DNA of 64,000 nucleotides from Octopus bimaculoides (taxonomy: Eukaryota): the NCBI RefSeq assembly GCF_001194135.2, contig NC_068982.1, forward strand, positions 175,279,717 through 175,343,716, in the 5' to 3' direction. Shown here in pieces: positions 1 to 12,345 of the stretch; within the stretch, counting starts at the first letter, position 1, and the number at the start of each line of letters is the position of its first letter. Both the position numbers and the translations under genes were made by a program. Below the pieces are notes generated by a model, which did no database searches, was not told where the DNA came from, and saw only the letters and a list, made by a program, of their open reading frames with translations.

Positions 1-469
1 ACCACCACCACCACCACCACCAAACTCTCGACATATAATTTCTGCAATTCTTAAAGAGCACCGCCATTACAATGATACCAACACCTCTTGTCGCTGTATC
101 ATAACACATTTTAGCCTTCCTTACTACTGTTGCAATCATTAGTTTCGTGTGTGTAAGTGCGCGCGCGTTTGTTTGTTTGCGTGTGTGTATGTGTGCGTGT
201 GCGTGCGTCAGTGTTCTCCTGTGTATACGCTTATTTGTAGGTTTGTTACCAACCAAATGGCGGAAGAGAAGAAAAATTTTTAGTTACTTAAAACATTCTG
301 CTCCGCAAAAACATCCTTCCTCCTACACTTCCCCGCCCCCCACTAGAGGCCCTTGAGAAAACCCCGTCGCCATGCATCATCCTTTTCCCCCGAGGTCTCA
401 ATTACGAGGAAGAAAAAAGGAAATATGATATTTTTAGCTTGAATAGTTTCCGTCTTTAATTAATGACAA

Positions 470-2088
470 TTAGCATATGTACGCATGCATGTATGTACGT
501 ATGTATGTATTCATGCCTGCACGTATGTATGTATTAAGCATGTATGTAATGTATGTGTGTGTGTGTGTATATGCATGTGTGAGTATGCGTAGACAAACAT
601 ACGCGATTATATAATATGTCGGGAGATATACAATTGACAAATATCTTTTCATTCAATCGACAATTTTATGACTTTATTTAAGCACGCCTCATGCCAAACC
701 GTTTGGAGCCTGTTTGTCTGTACAGAACGTACATACAAAAATGCGTACATTGCAAACATACGTACATCTACACCAATCCTAAATAGTGCATGTATGTATG
801 TATGTATGTATGTATGCATGCATGTGTATGTGTGTGTGTGTTATTTTATGTATGCATGTTATGTATGTACATATGTGTGTATGTATGCATGTATGTATGC
901 GTGTGTGTTATGTATGTATGTATGTGTGTGTGTGTTATTTTATGTATGCATGTTATGTATGTATATATGTGTGTATGTATGCATGTATGTATGTGTGTGT
1001 ATTATGTATGTGTGTATGTATGTATGTATGTATGTATGCGTGTATGTATGNNNNNNNNNNNNNNNNNNNNNNNNNNNNNNNNNNNNNNNNNNNNNNNNNN
1101 NNNNNNNNNNNNNNNNNNNNNNNNNNNNNNNNNNNNNNNNNNNNNNNNNNNNNNNNNNNNNNNNNNNNNNNNNNNNNNNNNNNNNNNNNNNNNNNNNNNN
1201 NNNNNNNNNNNNNNNNNNNNNNNNNNNNNNNNNNNNNNNNNNNNNNNNNNNNNNNNNNNNNNNNNNNNNNNNNNNNNNNNNNNNNNNNNNNNNNNNNNNN
1301 NNNNNNNNNNNNNNNNNNNNNNNNNNNNNNNNNNNNNNNNNATGTGTGTGTGTGATGTATGCATGTTTGTATGCATGCATGTTATGTATGTATGTGTGTG
1401 CGCGCGTGTGTGTGTGTGTGATGTATATATGTTATGTATGCTTATGTGTGTATGCTATGTATGTACGTATGTATGTGTGCATGACGTATGTACGTATGTA
1501 CGTATGTACGCACGTATGTATGTATGTACGTATGTATGTGTGCATGACGTATGTACGTATGTAGGTATGTACGTACGTATGTATGTATGTATGTATGTAT
1601 GTATGTATGTATGTATGTATGTATGTATGAGTGTGTGTGTGTTGCATGCATGTATGTATGTAGACAGATAACTGGGCCCCTGCTTGTCTGTCGCTTGATG
1701 TAAGTTTGCATATATTTTTATTTATAAAATATTTCTTGACAGAGTTATTTATATTTGTGTGCATGGGCGCGCGTATGTGTCTGCGTGTGTGTCTGCGTGT
1801 GTGTTTGTGTGCGTGTCTATGTGTGCGTGTTTGTGCAACTAGTCTGTGCATTTATATGTTTGTATGTGTCTGTATACCATCCATCCATTCATCTATCTAT
1901 GTATCTATCTATGTATCTGTCTATCTATCTATCTATCTATCTATCTGTCTATCTATCTATCTGTCTATCTATCTGTCTATCTATCTATCTGTCTGTCTAT
2001 CTGTCTGCCTGTCTGTCTGTCTGTCTGTCTGTCTATCTGTTTATCTGACTGTCAGTTTGTCTGTCTATCCATCTATCTGTCTGTCCGA

Positions 2089-2125
<37 letters not shown>

Positions 2126-2290
2126 NNNNNNNNNNNNNNNNNNNNNNNNNNNNNNNNNNNNNNNNNNNNNNNNNNNNNNNNNNNNNNNNNNNNNNNNNNN
2201 NNNNNNNNNNNNNNNNNNNNNNNNNGTCTGTCTGTCTGTCTGTCTGTCTGCCTGTCTGTCTGTCTGTCTATCTGTTTATCTGACTGTCAG

Positions 2291-2352
<62 letters not shown>
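470..2352. repeat. Compound microsatellite field: (TATG)n/(TG)n, then (TCTA)n/(TCTG)n
   Basis: Read directly; interrupted by N gaps 1051-1341 and 2126-2225. It explains the MYVC/HTYI/YLSI-type ORFs. Confidence 0.97.
1051..1341. other. Assembly gap (first of 12)
   Basis: N runs at 1051-1341, 2126-2225, 15531-15783, 17365-17529, 23825-23834, 25497-25587, 28511-28520, 43148-43302, 46201-46379, 50139-50148, 52777-53050 and 54950-55154. Most sit inside microsatellites. Confidence 0.99.
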
Positions 2353-2454
2353 ATAATAGGCTTGTCTTACATTGTCTCAGACATATTATTGCTATCTCTG
2401 GTGAGAAGATAACTTATACGCAGATTTTTATAACATTGTCTATATGTAAGATAC

Positions 2455-2495
2455 ACGCATACATACATGCATACATACATACATACATACATACA

Positions 2496-2526
<31 letters not shown>

Positions 2527-2547
2527 GTGTGTGTGTGTGTGTGTGTA
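2455..2547. repeat. (ATAC)n + (TG)n microsatellite
   Basis: Read directly. Confidence 0.95.
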
Positions 2548-3074
2548 TTAGTATGCGAGCGTGTGTGCGTGTTTGTGTAAAGCCATACGCCACCGCACTA
2601 GCACATACATATATTGACACGCTGTAGGGTTGAACGTATCAAATTGTCACACTTTACATTGAAGTCAATTGAATCATTAATGTGACGTGAGTTGTCCCAG
2701 GTTATATAGTAGAAGTGTTATAATGATTCTTCATTACAACACCTTCATAATGAAACATAATATAGCAAGAATGGAATGGTAAGTAGTGCGAGTGGGGATG
2801 ATCAGTTTCATGGTATTTACGATCACTGAAGTCGCTGCATAATATTTGCATAAAATTATTATAATTCTTTGCAAGTGATCCTTGCAGTAGTTTCGAATTT
2901 CATCTTTATTTTGCCTTTTACAGCTTTCATTTTGTCACTTCGCTTCGAAAAGAGCGATGCAAAGGGGGAAAATAACAACGATTTAGTTTCATTCAGATAT
3001 TGTGATATTGCTTTTATAGTTGTTTTTATTGTGTTTTTGCAATTAATCTTGATGCTTTACTTGTTTTGTCAAAG

Positions 3075-3215
3075 ATGAGCTCTATCCGAACGGACCTATA
3101 AACAAAATGATACTAGCCATGGTCATGTTTTCTTGTCGTTATGAATCCAGAACTAATGATCTAAGGTGTCCTTTCTTTTCTATGGGAAATCTGGCTGCTA
3201 TTTCTAACAAGTATA
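3075..3215 (-). repeat. Diverged ~150-200 bp interspersed repeat (SINE-tail-like); related copies ~10480-10590 (-), ~23015-23195 (+), ~59540-59690 (+)
   Basis: Loosely shared motifs GACCTGC..(G)AAATAGCA(G/A)C and ..TTTGATCAT/TTATAGGTC.. among the four loci; aligned by eye. Confidence 0.45.
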
Positions 3216-3322
3216 GTGACTGTGTCGCGATTTCTTTGTTGGTCAGATGTTGATGTCATTGTTTTTAGTAGTGATTGTGGTTGTTGTAATATTTGCAAAA
3301 TAGTATTTATAGTGATTATATA

Positions 3323-4540
3323 TCAGGCTGAGTAAAAAGTAAGCAATGTTTTGAAACACGAAATTCATCATAATATATATCAACAATGTGGAAATTTTAT
3401 TCATCAAAGTAAGTACCATTACAATCAACACACTTTTGCCGATGAGTTACAAGTTTGTTTATTCTGGATTTCTGTAGTTGATGAACTCTTTGTACACACT
3501 TTTAGCATCGGTTTGATTTTTGAACTCCTTCTCTCGCAGGAAACCATCAAGGTGCTTGAAAAAGTGGTAGTCTGTAGGAGAAAGTTCTGGGGAATAATCT
3601 GGGTGGAGAAGAACTTCGTAACCAAGTTCCCTCATCTCCTGCAACATCATTACTGAAAAGTGCGGTCGAGCATTGTCATGAAAAATGATTGGCCCTCTTC
3701 TGTTGACCAGTCTGGGACGGAGGAGTAGCAATTTTTCGTTCATTTTGACAATTTCATGGCAATATGTTTCTGCAGTAATGGTTTTTCCGGGTTTTAAGAA
3801 GTTATAATGAATGAGTTCAGCAGTACACCACCAAACAGTCACCATAACCTTCTTTTTGAAGAGCTCGGATTTAGGGGAGGTTTTCGGTGTTTCATTTTGG
3901 TCCAACCACTGCGAAGAACGTTTATTATTGTACAGAATCCACTTTTCATCGCAAGTTGCAATACAGTCGAGAAATAGATCGACCTGGTTACGGAAAAGAA
4001 GCGACGAACAAATTTCATATCTGCACATTTTCTGATTTTCATTCAAATCGAATGGTACCCATTTGCCAAGATTTTTTGATTTTCCGATCGCATGCAAATG
4101 GTTGCAGGCAGTTTTCTGCCTAACATGAAATTCTTTTGTCAGTTCTCATTAACTGACCGTCATCGATGAGAGATGGACGGTCTTCAAAGCTCAAGTTCTC
4201 CACTGCGAAATCGTTTAAACCATTTTCGAGCTGACCACTCACTGGTCATTTCCTTACCAAACGTTTCGTTGATATCACGAGCAGTTTTAGCTACTTTACG
4301 TCCTTTTTTGAAGTTGAATAGCAAAATTACTCGAATATCGCGCTGTGACAGTTCTAGTTCAGATGATTGTAACAACGGTGAAAAAAGTATCAATGTTAAT
4401 TCATTGGTGCATTTGGACAAGACTGTCTCTATTATCCGACAATTAAAAGAAAAAATGTTTAAAAAAAGTTAAAAACTCTGCAAAAATCCGGTACAAATTC
4501 TTCATGGTTCAAAACGTTGCTTACTTTTTACTCAACCTGA
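3323..4540 (-). mobile_element. Full-length mariner (DD34D) DNA transposon, frameshifted
   Basis: TIRs TCAGGCTGAGTAAAAAGTAAGCAATGTTTTGAA (from 3323) and TTCAAAACGTTGCTTACTTTTTACTCAACCTGA (to 4540), with TA on both sides (3321-22, 4541-42); ~1.2 kb; transposase motifs inside. Confidence 0.96.
3459..4420 (-). pseudogene. Mariner transposase pseudogene (HTH + DDD domain)
   Basis: ORF 4420-4184 has the N-terminal HTH (IRVILLFNFKKG..ARDINETFG..SARKWFKRFRSG). ORF 4097-3459 has WVPFDL, CDEKWILY, FHDNARPH and HPDYSPELSPTDYHFF. The two parts are not in one continuous ORF. Confidence 0.93.
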
Positions 4541-4739
4541 TAGTTTGTTTAAAGGCACCGTGTTGGTTGTTATTGCGTTCGCTTTAAGTCAATCCCGAAC
4601 AAACCATAATAATTCTTACTTTTTTTAGACATGTTTAACAGAATACATTATCTATTGTGCCCTTCTTTTTCTTAAAATAATTGACATTGATTTGAGAGAG
4701 ATTTCACTGCCGTTCCTAGCAGATCGAGAGATTGTTGCC

Positions 4740-5230
4740 TCTTCTATAACTATGATACTGTATCATTACAAATATATGAAGTAATGATTCTCTATCACTA
4801 CATTCTCTAAAATTGCTGTAATGCTCTATCATTGCATCTTCTATAATAGTGATACTGCATCATTATATTTTCTATAACAGTGATGTTGTCATTACATCGA
4901 CAATAAAAAATGTAATGCTATCATTACATTCTCTATAACAGTCATTCTGTTTCATAAAATATCTCTAACAATCATTTTGTGTCATAGCATCTTCTATAAC
5001 AGCAGTCATGCCTTGTCATTACTTCTTGATCATTACGCTCATATTACGCCTGGTGTAATATAAGTGATGTGTCATCACATCTGTAATAACAGTGATACTA
5101 TGTGACTACATCTATAACAATCATTCTATTTCGTTGCATCTACAATATCAATGATGTTGAATCTTTACATTTATGATCACAAAGATGATGTTCTCATGTT
5201 AACTTCTGTAGTAACAATAACGTTGTACCA
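4740..5230. repeat. Degenerate ~31-bp minisatellite, consensus ~CATCTTCTATAACAGTGATACTGTATCATTA
   Basis: TCTATAACAG / TGATACT / TCATTACAT motifs recur at ~30-33 bp spacing. Confidence 0.7.
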
Positions 5231-5431
5231 GATTTAAAAATTTTCCCTTTTTCTTTATAAATAAATGAGCCCATTATTGATATTAAAAGGCATGTCATTT
5301 CACTGCATTTTAGTTACTATTTTTAAAGGCTCCTAGCTCATTGGTAAATTAATGTTTAAATTATTTTCTTTATAAATCAAGCAAATGAGTTGTTATTCAC
5401 ATTAAAATGTTATTAATATTAAACAATGCTC

Positions 5432-5522
5432 GAGGCAGCCAGCTGGCGGAATCATTAGCACGTCGGGCAAAATGCTTAGCGGCATTAACATTTTGAGTTC
5501 AAATTCCGCTGAGGTCGACTTT
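5432..5522 (+). mobile_element. tRNA-derived SINE family B, 5' half (split by the LTR element; 3' half at 8606-8745)
   Basis: GCTGGCGGAATCATTAGC..GAGTTCAAATTCCGCTGAGGTCGACTTT continues at 8606 as ACTTTGCCTTTCATTCTTTCAGGGTCGATAAATTAAGTACCAG, matching the intact copy at 53478-53690. Confidence 0.9.
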
Positions 5523-5787
5523 TGCTGTGGCGAGAATATGACATCCTGTGACGAGAATAGACGGGATCACGTATAAATAGTAGCGGTCTGACATAGTCGG
5601 CAGTTCGTAGCTGGGACAGGTACAGTTTGAGTTGGTGTGTTGGAATTATTGATTGTTGGTTCGTTACATGTTTGTTACTACCGCTGTTTCTATTTTGTAT
5701 TGTTATAACACTGTTACAGTGTATTCTTTAACTATCGTTGACAATATCAACCGTACTGCGATATGGAGGGATTAAGGATATAACATT

Positions 5788-5800
5788 TGGCGACGAGGAT
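5788..5800 (+). promoter_or_regulatory. Primer binding site complementary to the tRNA-Ser(GCU) 3' end
   Basis: TGGCGACGAGGAT lies 2 nt after the 5' LTR and is the reverse complement of ATCCTCGTCGCCA, the 3' end of eukaryotic tRNA-Ser(GCU). Confidence 0.85.
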
Positions 5801-5869
5801 TCTTCGAAGTTCATGTCGGTTATTTGACAATTTGCACGTCATACAAATTGTTAAATTAGGGAGAACCTA

Positions 5870-6745
5870 TTGGCTGCAGTAATACAGCTTCAAGAGCAGC
5901 AAGAGGAACAACTACAGGAGTTGTAGAAGCAAATATTACAACAACAGCAACAACAACAGTTAACTGAGTTACAGTCAAGGAAATCCGAAAATTCGATAAG
6001 TTCGTTTACGTCAGACGGCGTTGCGAACTCGATTTTTGAATTCATTTATAATCTGGAGGAGGGTATTATGTTTCCTGCGTGCTATAGAAGGTACGAGGAA
6101 ATTTTTAACAAAGATTGCAAGCCATGGTCGGATGAGGAGAAATTAAGGCTATTACTACGCAACAAGAACAAGAACGCTACTGTAACTTTATATTGCCCAA
6201 AATGTCCAGTGAGATTTGTTTCCAAAAAACTAGTGACTTACTCTCAAAACTTTTTTGTGACAAAAATTCGTTATTTAACACATGAATGGAGTGTTGGAAC
6301 TTAACAAAAAATGACGATGAGGACTTTATTACATACGTCGTATGTGTGAAAACTTTAAACTTCAGAAACTCACTCAGGATATGTTTAAACCCCTCATCTT
6401 CGTACAAGGCCTTACGGCAACCGAAGATAGAGAAATTCGGGCAAGGGTTCTCTCAAAAATGGAGCAAGCGAACCAAGACTTAACCCTACAGACCGTTGAA
6501 GAAGAATGCCAAACGATGGTAAACCTGAAGCATGGCGTAAAAAACAAAACAAACAAACAAAAAACAAGAGAACGATTCCGCAAAAATACAGATGTGTCAA
6601 ACTGGAAAGTGCAAGAAAAAAAGAGTGCAAGGCCATAGTCCATGTTACAGATGTGGAGGCTTACACTTAAGAAAAGAGTGTCCGTTTAAAAACCGAAAAT
6701 GCTATAGATGTTAGAAACTTGGTGACAAGAACTCACACTGCAGAA
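5870..6745 (+). pseudogene. gag: Gypsy gag remnant with two zinc knuckles
   Basis: Q-rich N-terminus; DEEKLRLLL and LIFVQGL..EIRARVL motifs; CYRCGGLHLRKEC and CYRC*KLGDKNSHC from 6643; many frameshifts. Confidence 0.75.
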
Positions 6746-6780
6746 CAAGATTACGAGGATCGAACGCAAACAGCTCTAAG

Positions 6781-8250
6781 GTGTCCTCAGCAGAATGTGA
6801 ATGTGACGCAAAAACAAGAAAAGTCGCACACGTAAAAATAAATGGTGTAAATATTAAACTACAGTTGGATACGGGTTGTGATATTTCAGTCATAAGTGCG
6901 GATACACGGAGAAAAATCGGGAAACCGGGGTTATGTAAAACAGCGAAAATTGCGCGTGGCGTGACGGGCGATAAATTACGTTTCATGGGCGAAATGTCTA
7001 CAGACGTCACATTTCGAGGAGAAACACGTGAAGCAAAAATATTCATTGTGGAGAATACAATCAATCTGTTTGATGCAGATTGGCTGGAGTTATTTGACTT
7101 ATGGCACCTCTCCATAAGTCTCTACTGTATAAATATAAACGGTTGTTCCGTTAAAATAGATCGTCTGAGGAATTGAAGAGAAAATTGAAAAAGTACTATC
7201 GGAAGACTCAGGTCTATGTAAAAAGACTGAAGCGTGCTTTCAAGTAAATGAAAACGTTGTGCCTGTATTTAAATCTAACAGAAAAATACCGTTCGCGGCA
7301 ATTGAAATCGTAAATGACGAGTTGGACAGACTGGAAAAGAGTGGAATCATCAAAATGGTGGACTACTCTAAGTGGGCGGCGCCCAAGTGAGCATTAAAAA
7401 GAAAAAAACAATAAGATTAGGCTATGTGCTGATTTCCCTACAGGATTGAACGACTGCTTAAAGGCATGCCATCATCCACTCCCGACTCCAGAAACATTTT
7501 CGCAAAATCAAATGGTGGAAAAATTTTCTCCAAATTGGATCTGTCTGAAGCTTATTTACAGATGAATGTAAATGATAATGCTCAAAGTATCTGACAATAA
7601 ATGCACATAGAGGATTGTACAGATATGCCCGGTTACCCTTTGGATTAAAGGTTGCACCGGCAATATTTCAGCAATATTTCATGGACGCTATATTTCATGG
7701 ACAGGCAATATTTCATGGACGCTATATTATCTAATTATGAATTTGCATTCCCTTATTTAGACGATATATTGATTAAGAGTAAATCGCGTGAACAGCATGT
7801 GGAGCATATAAAAGCTGTGTTCAAGAAAATTAAAGTGTATGGGTTCATTTTGAGTGAAGAAGAAGGCGAATTCTTTTTGCTTCAAATTAGGTACTTAGGG
7901 CAAATAATTTATAAAAATGGTAGACGACCTGACCCGTCGAGGGCAGACGCAATAAAGAATATGCCTGCTCCAACATTACAAGCGTTTCTTGGGCTGGCAA
8001 ACTACTACCAAAACTACATTTTCTGACATGCACAAATTAAGAGCTCCATTGAATGACTTATTAAAAAAGGAAGTAAAGTGAAATTGGTCGGTTAAATGCC
8101 AAAAACGCACTTGAAGAAATAAAAGAAATACCAATAACAGATTTGTCTCTAGCGCATTTCGATCCTAAAATGGACATTGTTGTAGCATCTGATGCTTTGG
8201 AGTACGGAATAGGAGCAGCTTTGCTCCACAAGTATAAAGAAGGAAGTATT
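6781..8250 (+). pseudogene. pol: Gypsy pol remnant (protease, RT, RNase H)
   Basis: LQLDTGCDISVI (aspartic protease); FSKLDLSEAYLQ; YLDD at 7754-7765; LQAFLGLANYY; VVASDALEYGIGAAL (RNase H). Stops at ~8250 with no integrase. Confidence 0.92.
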
Positions 8251-11029
8251 TTTTTATGTATTCGATGTCCCAGCACCGAAAGTAATGGAGAAAAAAAAAA
8301 CTCGAACTAATTTATGCTTGTCCGTCCTTGGGCTGTCCCCTCTATGTTCCGCCCTGTGTGGCGAATAGATAAAACGTTCGTAGTTGGGTCTTCGAAGTCG
8401 AGGTACAATTTGAGTTAGTGGTGCTGGAAATATTGATTGTTGGTTCGTAAAAGATTGTTGGTTCGTAAAAGATTGTTGGTTCGTTTCGTGTTTATTAGTG
8501 CCGCTGTTTCTATTTTCTATTGTTATAACACTGTTACAGTGTAGTCTTTATCTATCGTCGACGATATCAAATGTACTACGATATTGGAGGCTTAAGGATA
8601 TAACAACTTTGCCTTTCATTCTTTCAGGGTCGATAAATTAAGTACCAGTGAAGCATTGGGATTGATGTAATCCACCAGTCCCCTACCCCCAAATTGCTGG
8701 CAGTGTGCCAAAATTTGAAATCAATATTAAAATCAATATTAAAATTTTATTTACTATTGTATTTATGGGTTCTAGTTCTTGAACAAGTTTTCTAACACTT
8801 AAAGGAAATGGAAGATATCGAAATGTCTTTGAGGGCACAAAGCCATTCCTCAAGAGTATGGTAATGATGTCACAACTGTTAACCTTGATTACTTTATGGG
8901 GCAGCAATAGAAAAAAATATTCTATAGCATTATGAAACCAGCATTGTCACTACAGTTTTGCTCACATTTTAACAGTTTGTATGTTGATGTATTAGTCATA
9001 TTTAAAAGTATAATGGAGACGACCTGCTATTTGGTTATTCCGGTGAATGTATTCCAACTTTTCTGGAACTAAGCAACAAGAAATGTTTTTTATTGTCTCT
9101 TGACAAGGAATTCCCATATTACAACAACGATTAGCATCTTCCTAGTCTTTACTGCTGATTTTCTTGATGTTGTTATTTTAGTGTTCAGACATTGATCTCC
9201 TGCTGTTGAAATTGAAATTAGTGATTCTGTCTTTAGTTAGATTTTAGACGATTATTGACTTTCACGTTGAGTTATAAAACCATCAAGTCTTCCTTGTTAT
9301 TGACTTTAGAGAAGTGCTCTTCCTATTTAACGAGTCTTTTGATGCATCCCAGTCATTTATCATTCTTTTATGGTGTTCTTTCTTATCTATGCTATTTTTT
9401 TCTCGGTATTTCTAGCGTTTACTCTGTATCTAAGCAATTTCTGATATCTGGAGAAACATATATTTAACAATTTTCCCCCGTGATACCTTATTCAGCTGAT
9501 ACAGATCTCTACACTTATTCTAGTCTGTTTCCTAGTAATATTTTCTTTAGCACAAAACTAATCTACCCGCATACAAGACAGACAATATTCAATTGGAATT
9601 AAACATCAAGGACAGCAGAGAAAAATAGCTGACTCTTAGAATCGTTAAATAGTTTCTATTTTTACTGTAAAGAATAATTAGACCAAGGTATAAAAGAACT
9701 GAAGTTCATATAAAGTAAACAATGAAATAAGATCAGAAAACAGAGCATGCAAGAATAAGCCCTTACGGGAGAAGTGTGTGTTGAGAGCAGTGGAATTCGT
9801 TTATAACAAGCAAATCTTTCCAACAAATGTGTCTAAAATCGAATCTATACGAGACGCCTAAATAGATTAACCTACATCCTCTTCGTAAGCAGGACCCTTC
9901 AAGTCACTCATAAAGGCAAAACCTTTGACTCCAAATTCTCTCCCCATGACGAATACCTCTTGTGCAACATTCCCGACAACACCCGGAGGAATCCTCAGTC
10001 ACTAACTGGAAATTGTTCGCCAATATTTTCTGTTGATATAAGTAGCAAGGCAATAAATGATGCTTTAGTGTAGCGTATGTCCTACAACCCCTTCTACGTG
10101 TAGTCAGACTTTCTGGCCCGTTATCTACTGATGGTCGTATAAGCAGCGACATCTGCTGACCGTTTTTTCTACCAGATCTTTTCTTTAAGACCATAAAGTA
10201 CTCTAATGCTGACCAGTTGATACCGCTTGACCTCAATAACAACACCGTCTAAACTTCCCCTTAGTTGACTACATCTTCTTCATGTTTACTACATATTCTT
10301 CATGTCAAGTGCAAAAATCTCTCTGGAAAATTTATCCAAACGGTGCATATCTTATCATTTTCATCAAATGTAATTTTGAATTCACTCATAACCCCTGAAC
10401 TCCTCAATCTTTCTCCCGTCTCATTTTATCCTTCTTTCTCTCACCAGATATATGTGATGCTCTTACAGGTTGTTATTGATTAACCTCAGATCTATCCTGA
10501 TCGAGCAGATCTATAAGCAAATGATTACTATTTATGACCATCCTGAATTTTTTGTTTTTGTATATCTGGGACTGCATTAAACAATGATTTTTTCTTTCCT
10601 TATAAGACGGTACGTTGTGGTATAATGTTGTTCCCTTACAGGAATATGTGTGAAGCGCTGGAATAATGTAATGAGATAGAAAAATACTTTAATTGTTGTT
10701 AAGTAGGAGAATAAAAAAAATTCTTCTAGATTGTCATAAAATGGAAATCAGTGTAACATATTTTTCTCCTATTTTTGAAAGAGAGAAATTATTAAAACTA
10801 TTCAATATGCAATTAAAGCAATTACATCATCATTCTGATCAGAAACATAAATCAAAGAAGTAACTTTATCATGAAATTCAAATTATGTAACACATCATAC
10901 CAACCGACCCATTATAATAAAATTCAAATTTAGGTAAAATGTATGTTCATCCAATTAAATTTAAAATTAGATTCTAATAAGCAGGTTCACTCTGTTGTGA
11001 ATAAAGATCAACTTTAAACATCTCAATCT

Positions 11030-12345
11030 CTCCCTCTCTACAGGGATCTACTCAGATCTGTGTCTTATTCTCAGGAAGGGAATATCTCTGGCCCTGAAAA
11101 CTATCATCTTATCGTCCCACTTAAAATATCTCCATAATAATGGCAACAACGCCTCTCTTCTTCAAGACTACCATTATGGTTTCCATAAAGCTAGGTCCGC
11201 CGATGACCTGTTCTTCGATGTCATCCACTAGACGGCTCTAGATTTGGAGAAATTTGGTGAAAGCAATGTAGTCGTTCTCGACTCGGCAAAGCTTTCAAAC
11301 ATGTCTGGTATGCAAATTTATAATCAAAACTGCCGACACAAGTACTCCACTTTATCTCTTATACCTTGGGCCGGTAGCTTCCTATCAGATCGCTCCAGTA
11401 ACATTCTCTCTTAAGCAGACAGCACTGCCCTTCAGTCTTTCCTAACCCTTCTCAACTATGCATTATCCATTAACAACCTTGACATCATCACACGTCAAAC
11501 CTGTATTGATTCCATGAACCTCGAAAGCACACTATCATGCAGCTATATCGATCTTGTCTGGTTCAAAAGCAAGAAAGCACAAATGCTGTTTTTACCAATA
11601 AATCATCACCGTACCATATATCCTTAATTAAGAGTTGCACGCAACTAGAGCACTTACAGTCGTTCCAAATGTAGACTATGAAATAATCAAGAATCTCTCC
11701 TGACAAAAGCAGATCCTTAACATAGTAAGGACCGCATTTCAAAGACAGGCCTTTATCTTCAGATCCCGAAAATAGTTTAATTTCAACAATTACTTACCAT
11801 ATAAAGCTTGGTTACATGTGTGAAATACACTGGAGCATTGCACACATATAAGAGTGCTGTTGTTGCTTAAACAGACATCATAGGCTACTTCAAGAAAAGG
11901 GTTACTCAACTAGTTGGCATAAAGTCACTAACAAGCACGTTCCAGCCTCTGTCCTACAGACGCATTGTCTCCCCTCCCTGCCTTTTCTACCTGTACTATA
12001 ATGGCTTCTGTTCCTCGTATCTGTCTGAGCTCTTGCCGTCTTCGCCCAGGCTTACTCGATCCTCTCGTCTCTTCTTTTCTCGTTTTGCTAGTTGTGTCCA
12101 GGTCTTGCACTAATCACTAAATCCAGCCTGCACTAATCACTAAATCCAGCCTTTCCTCCCCATGCCAGAATGTCGATTCTCTGGAATTCGTTACCTTGTC
12201 CTTGGCGTAAGTGTTAACTTACAAATGTTCAAGGAGAACATTAACAGCATCACTGTCACTTATCTTGGAAGGAGTAGGAAAGCCATGTACACTAACACTT
12301 CCTTCTTTAAAACCTATCAGTAAAAAAAAAACTAAAAAAAAAAGA
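11030..12345 (+). mobile_element. 5'-truncated CR1/L2(Daphne)-type LINE, decayed RT and C-terminus, A-rich tail
   Basis: Manual translation across frameshifts gives KGNISGPENY, YGFHKARSADDL, VVLD.AK.F..VW, W.GSFLSDRS and YRRIV..LFYLYYNGFCSS.LSEL. A-rich tail at 12321-12343. Confidence 0.8.

Larger units (their letters stand above)
5523..8605 (+). mobile_element. Ty3/Gypsy LTR retrotransposon, decayed, integrase missing
   Basis: 5' LTR 5523-5785 (TG...CA); 3' LTR remnant ~8375-8605 ending in the same ..TAAGGATATAACA; TSD ACTTT (5518-22, 8606-10); domain order gag-PR-RT-RH. Confidence 0.94.

Noticed and set aside
668-2627. Long ORFs (up to 298 aa) rich in MYVC/HTYI/YLSI
   Set aside because: They are translations of microsatellites and N gaps. 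The same applies to ORFs at 15.5-17.6, 35.0-35.3, 46.1, 50.0 and 54.8 kb.
8435-8484. CRISPR-like direct repeats
   Set aside because: Contiguous 18-bp tandem duplication with no spacers, inside an LTR in a eukaryotic context.
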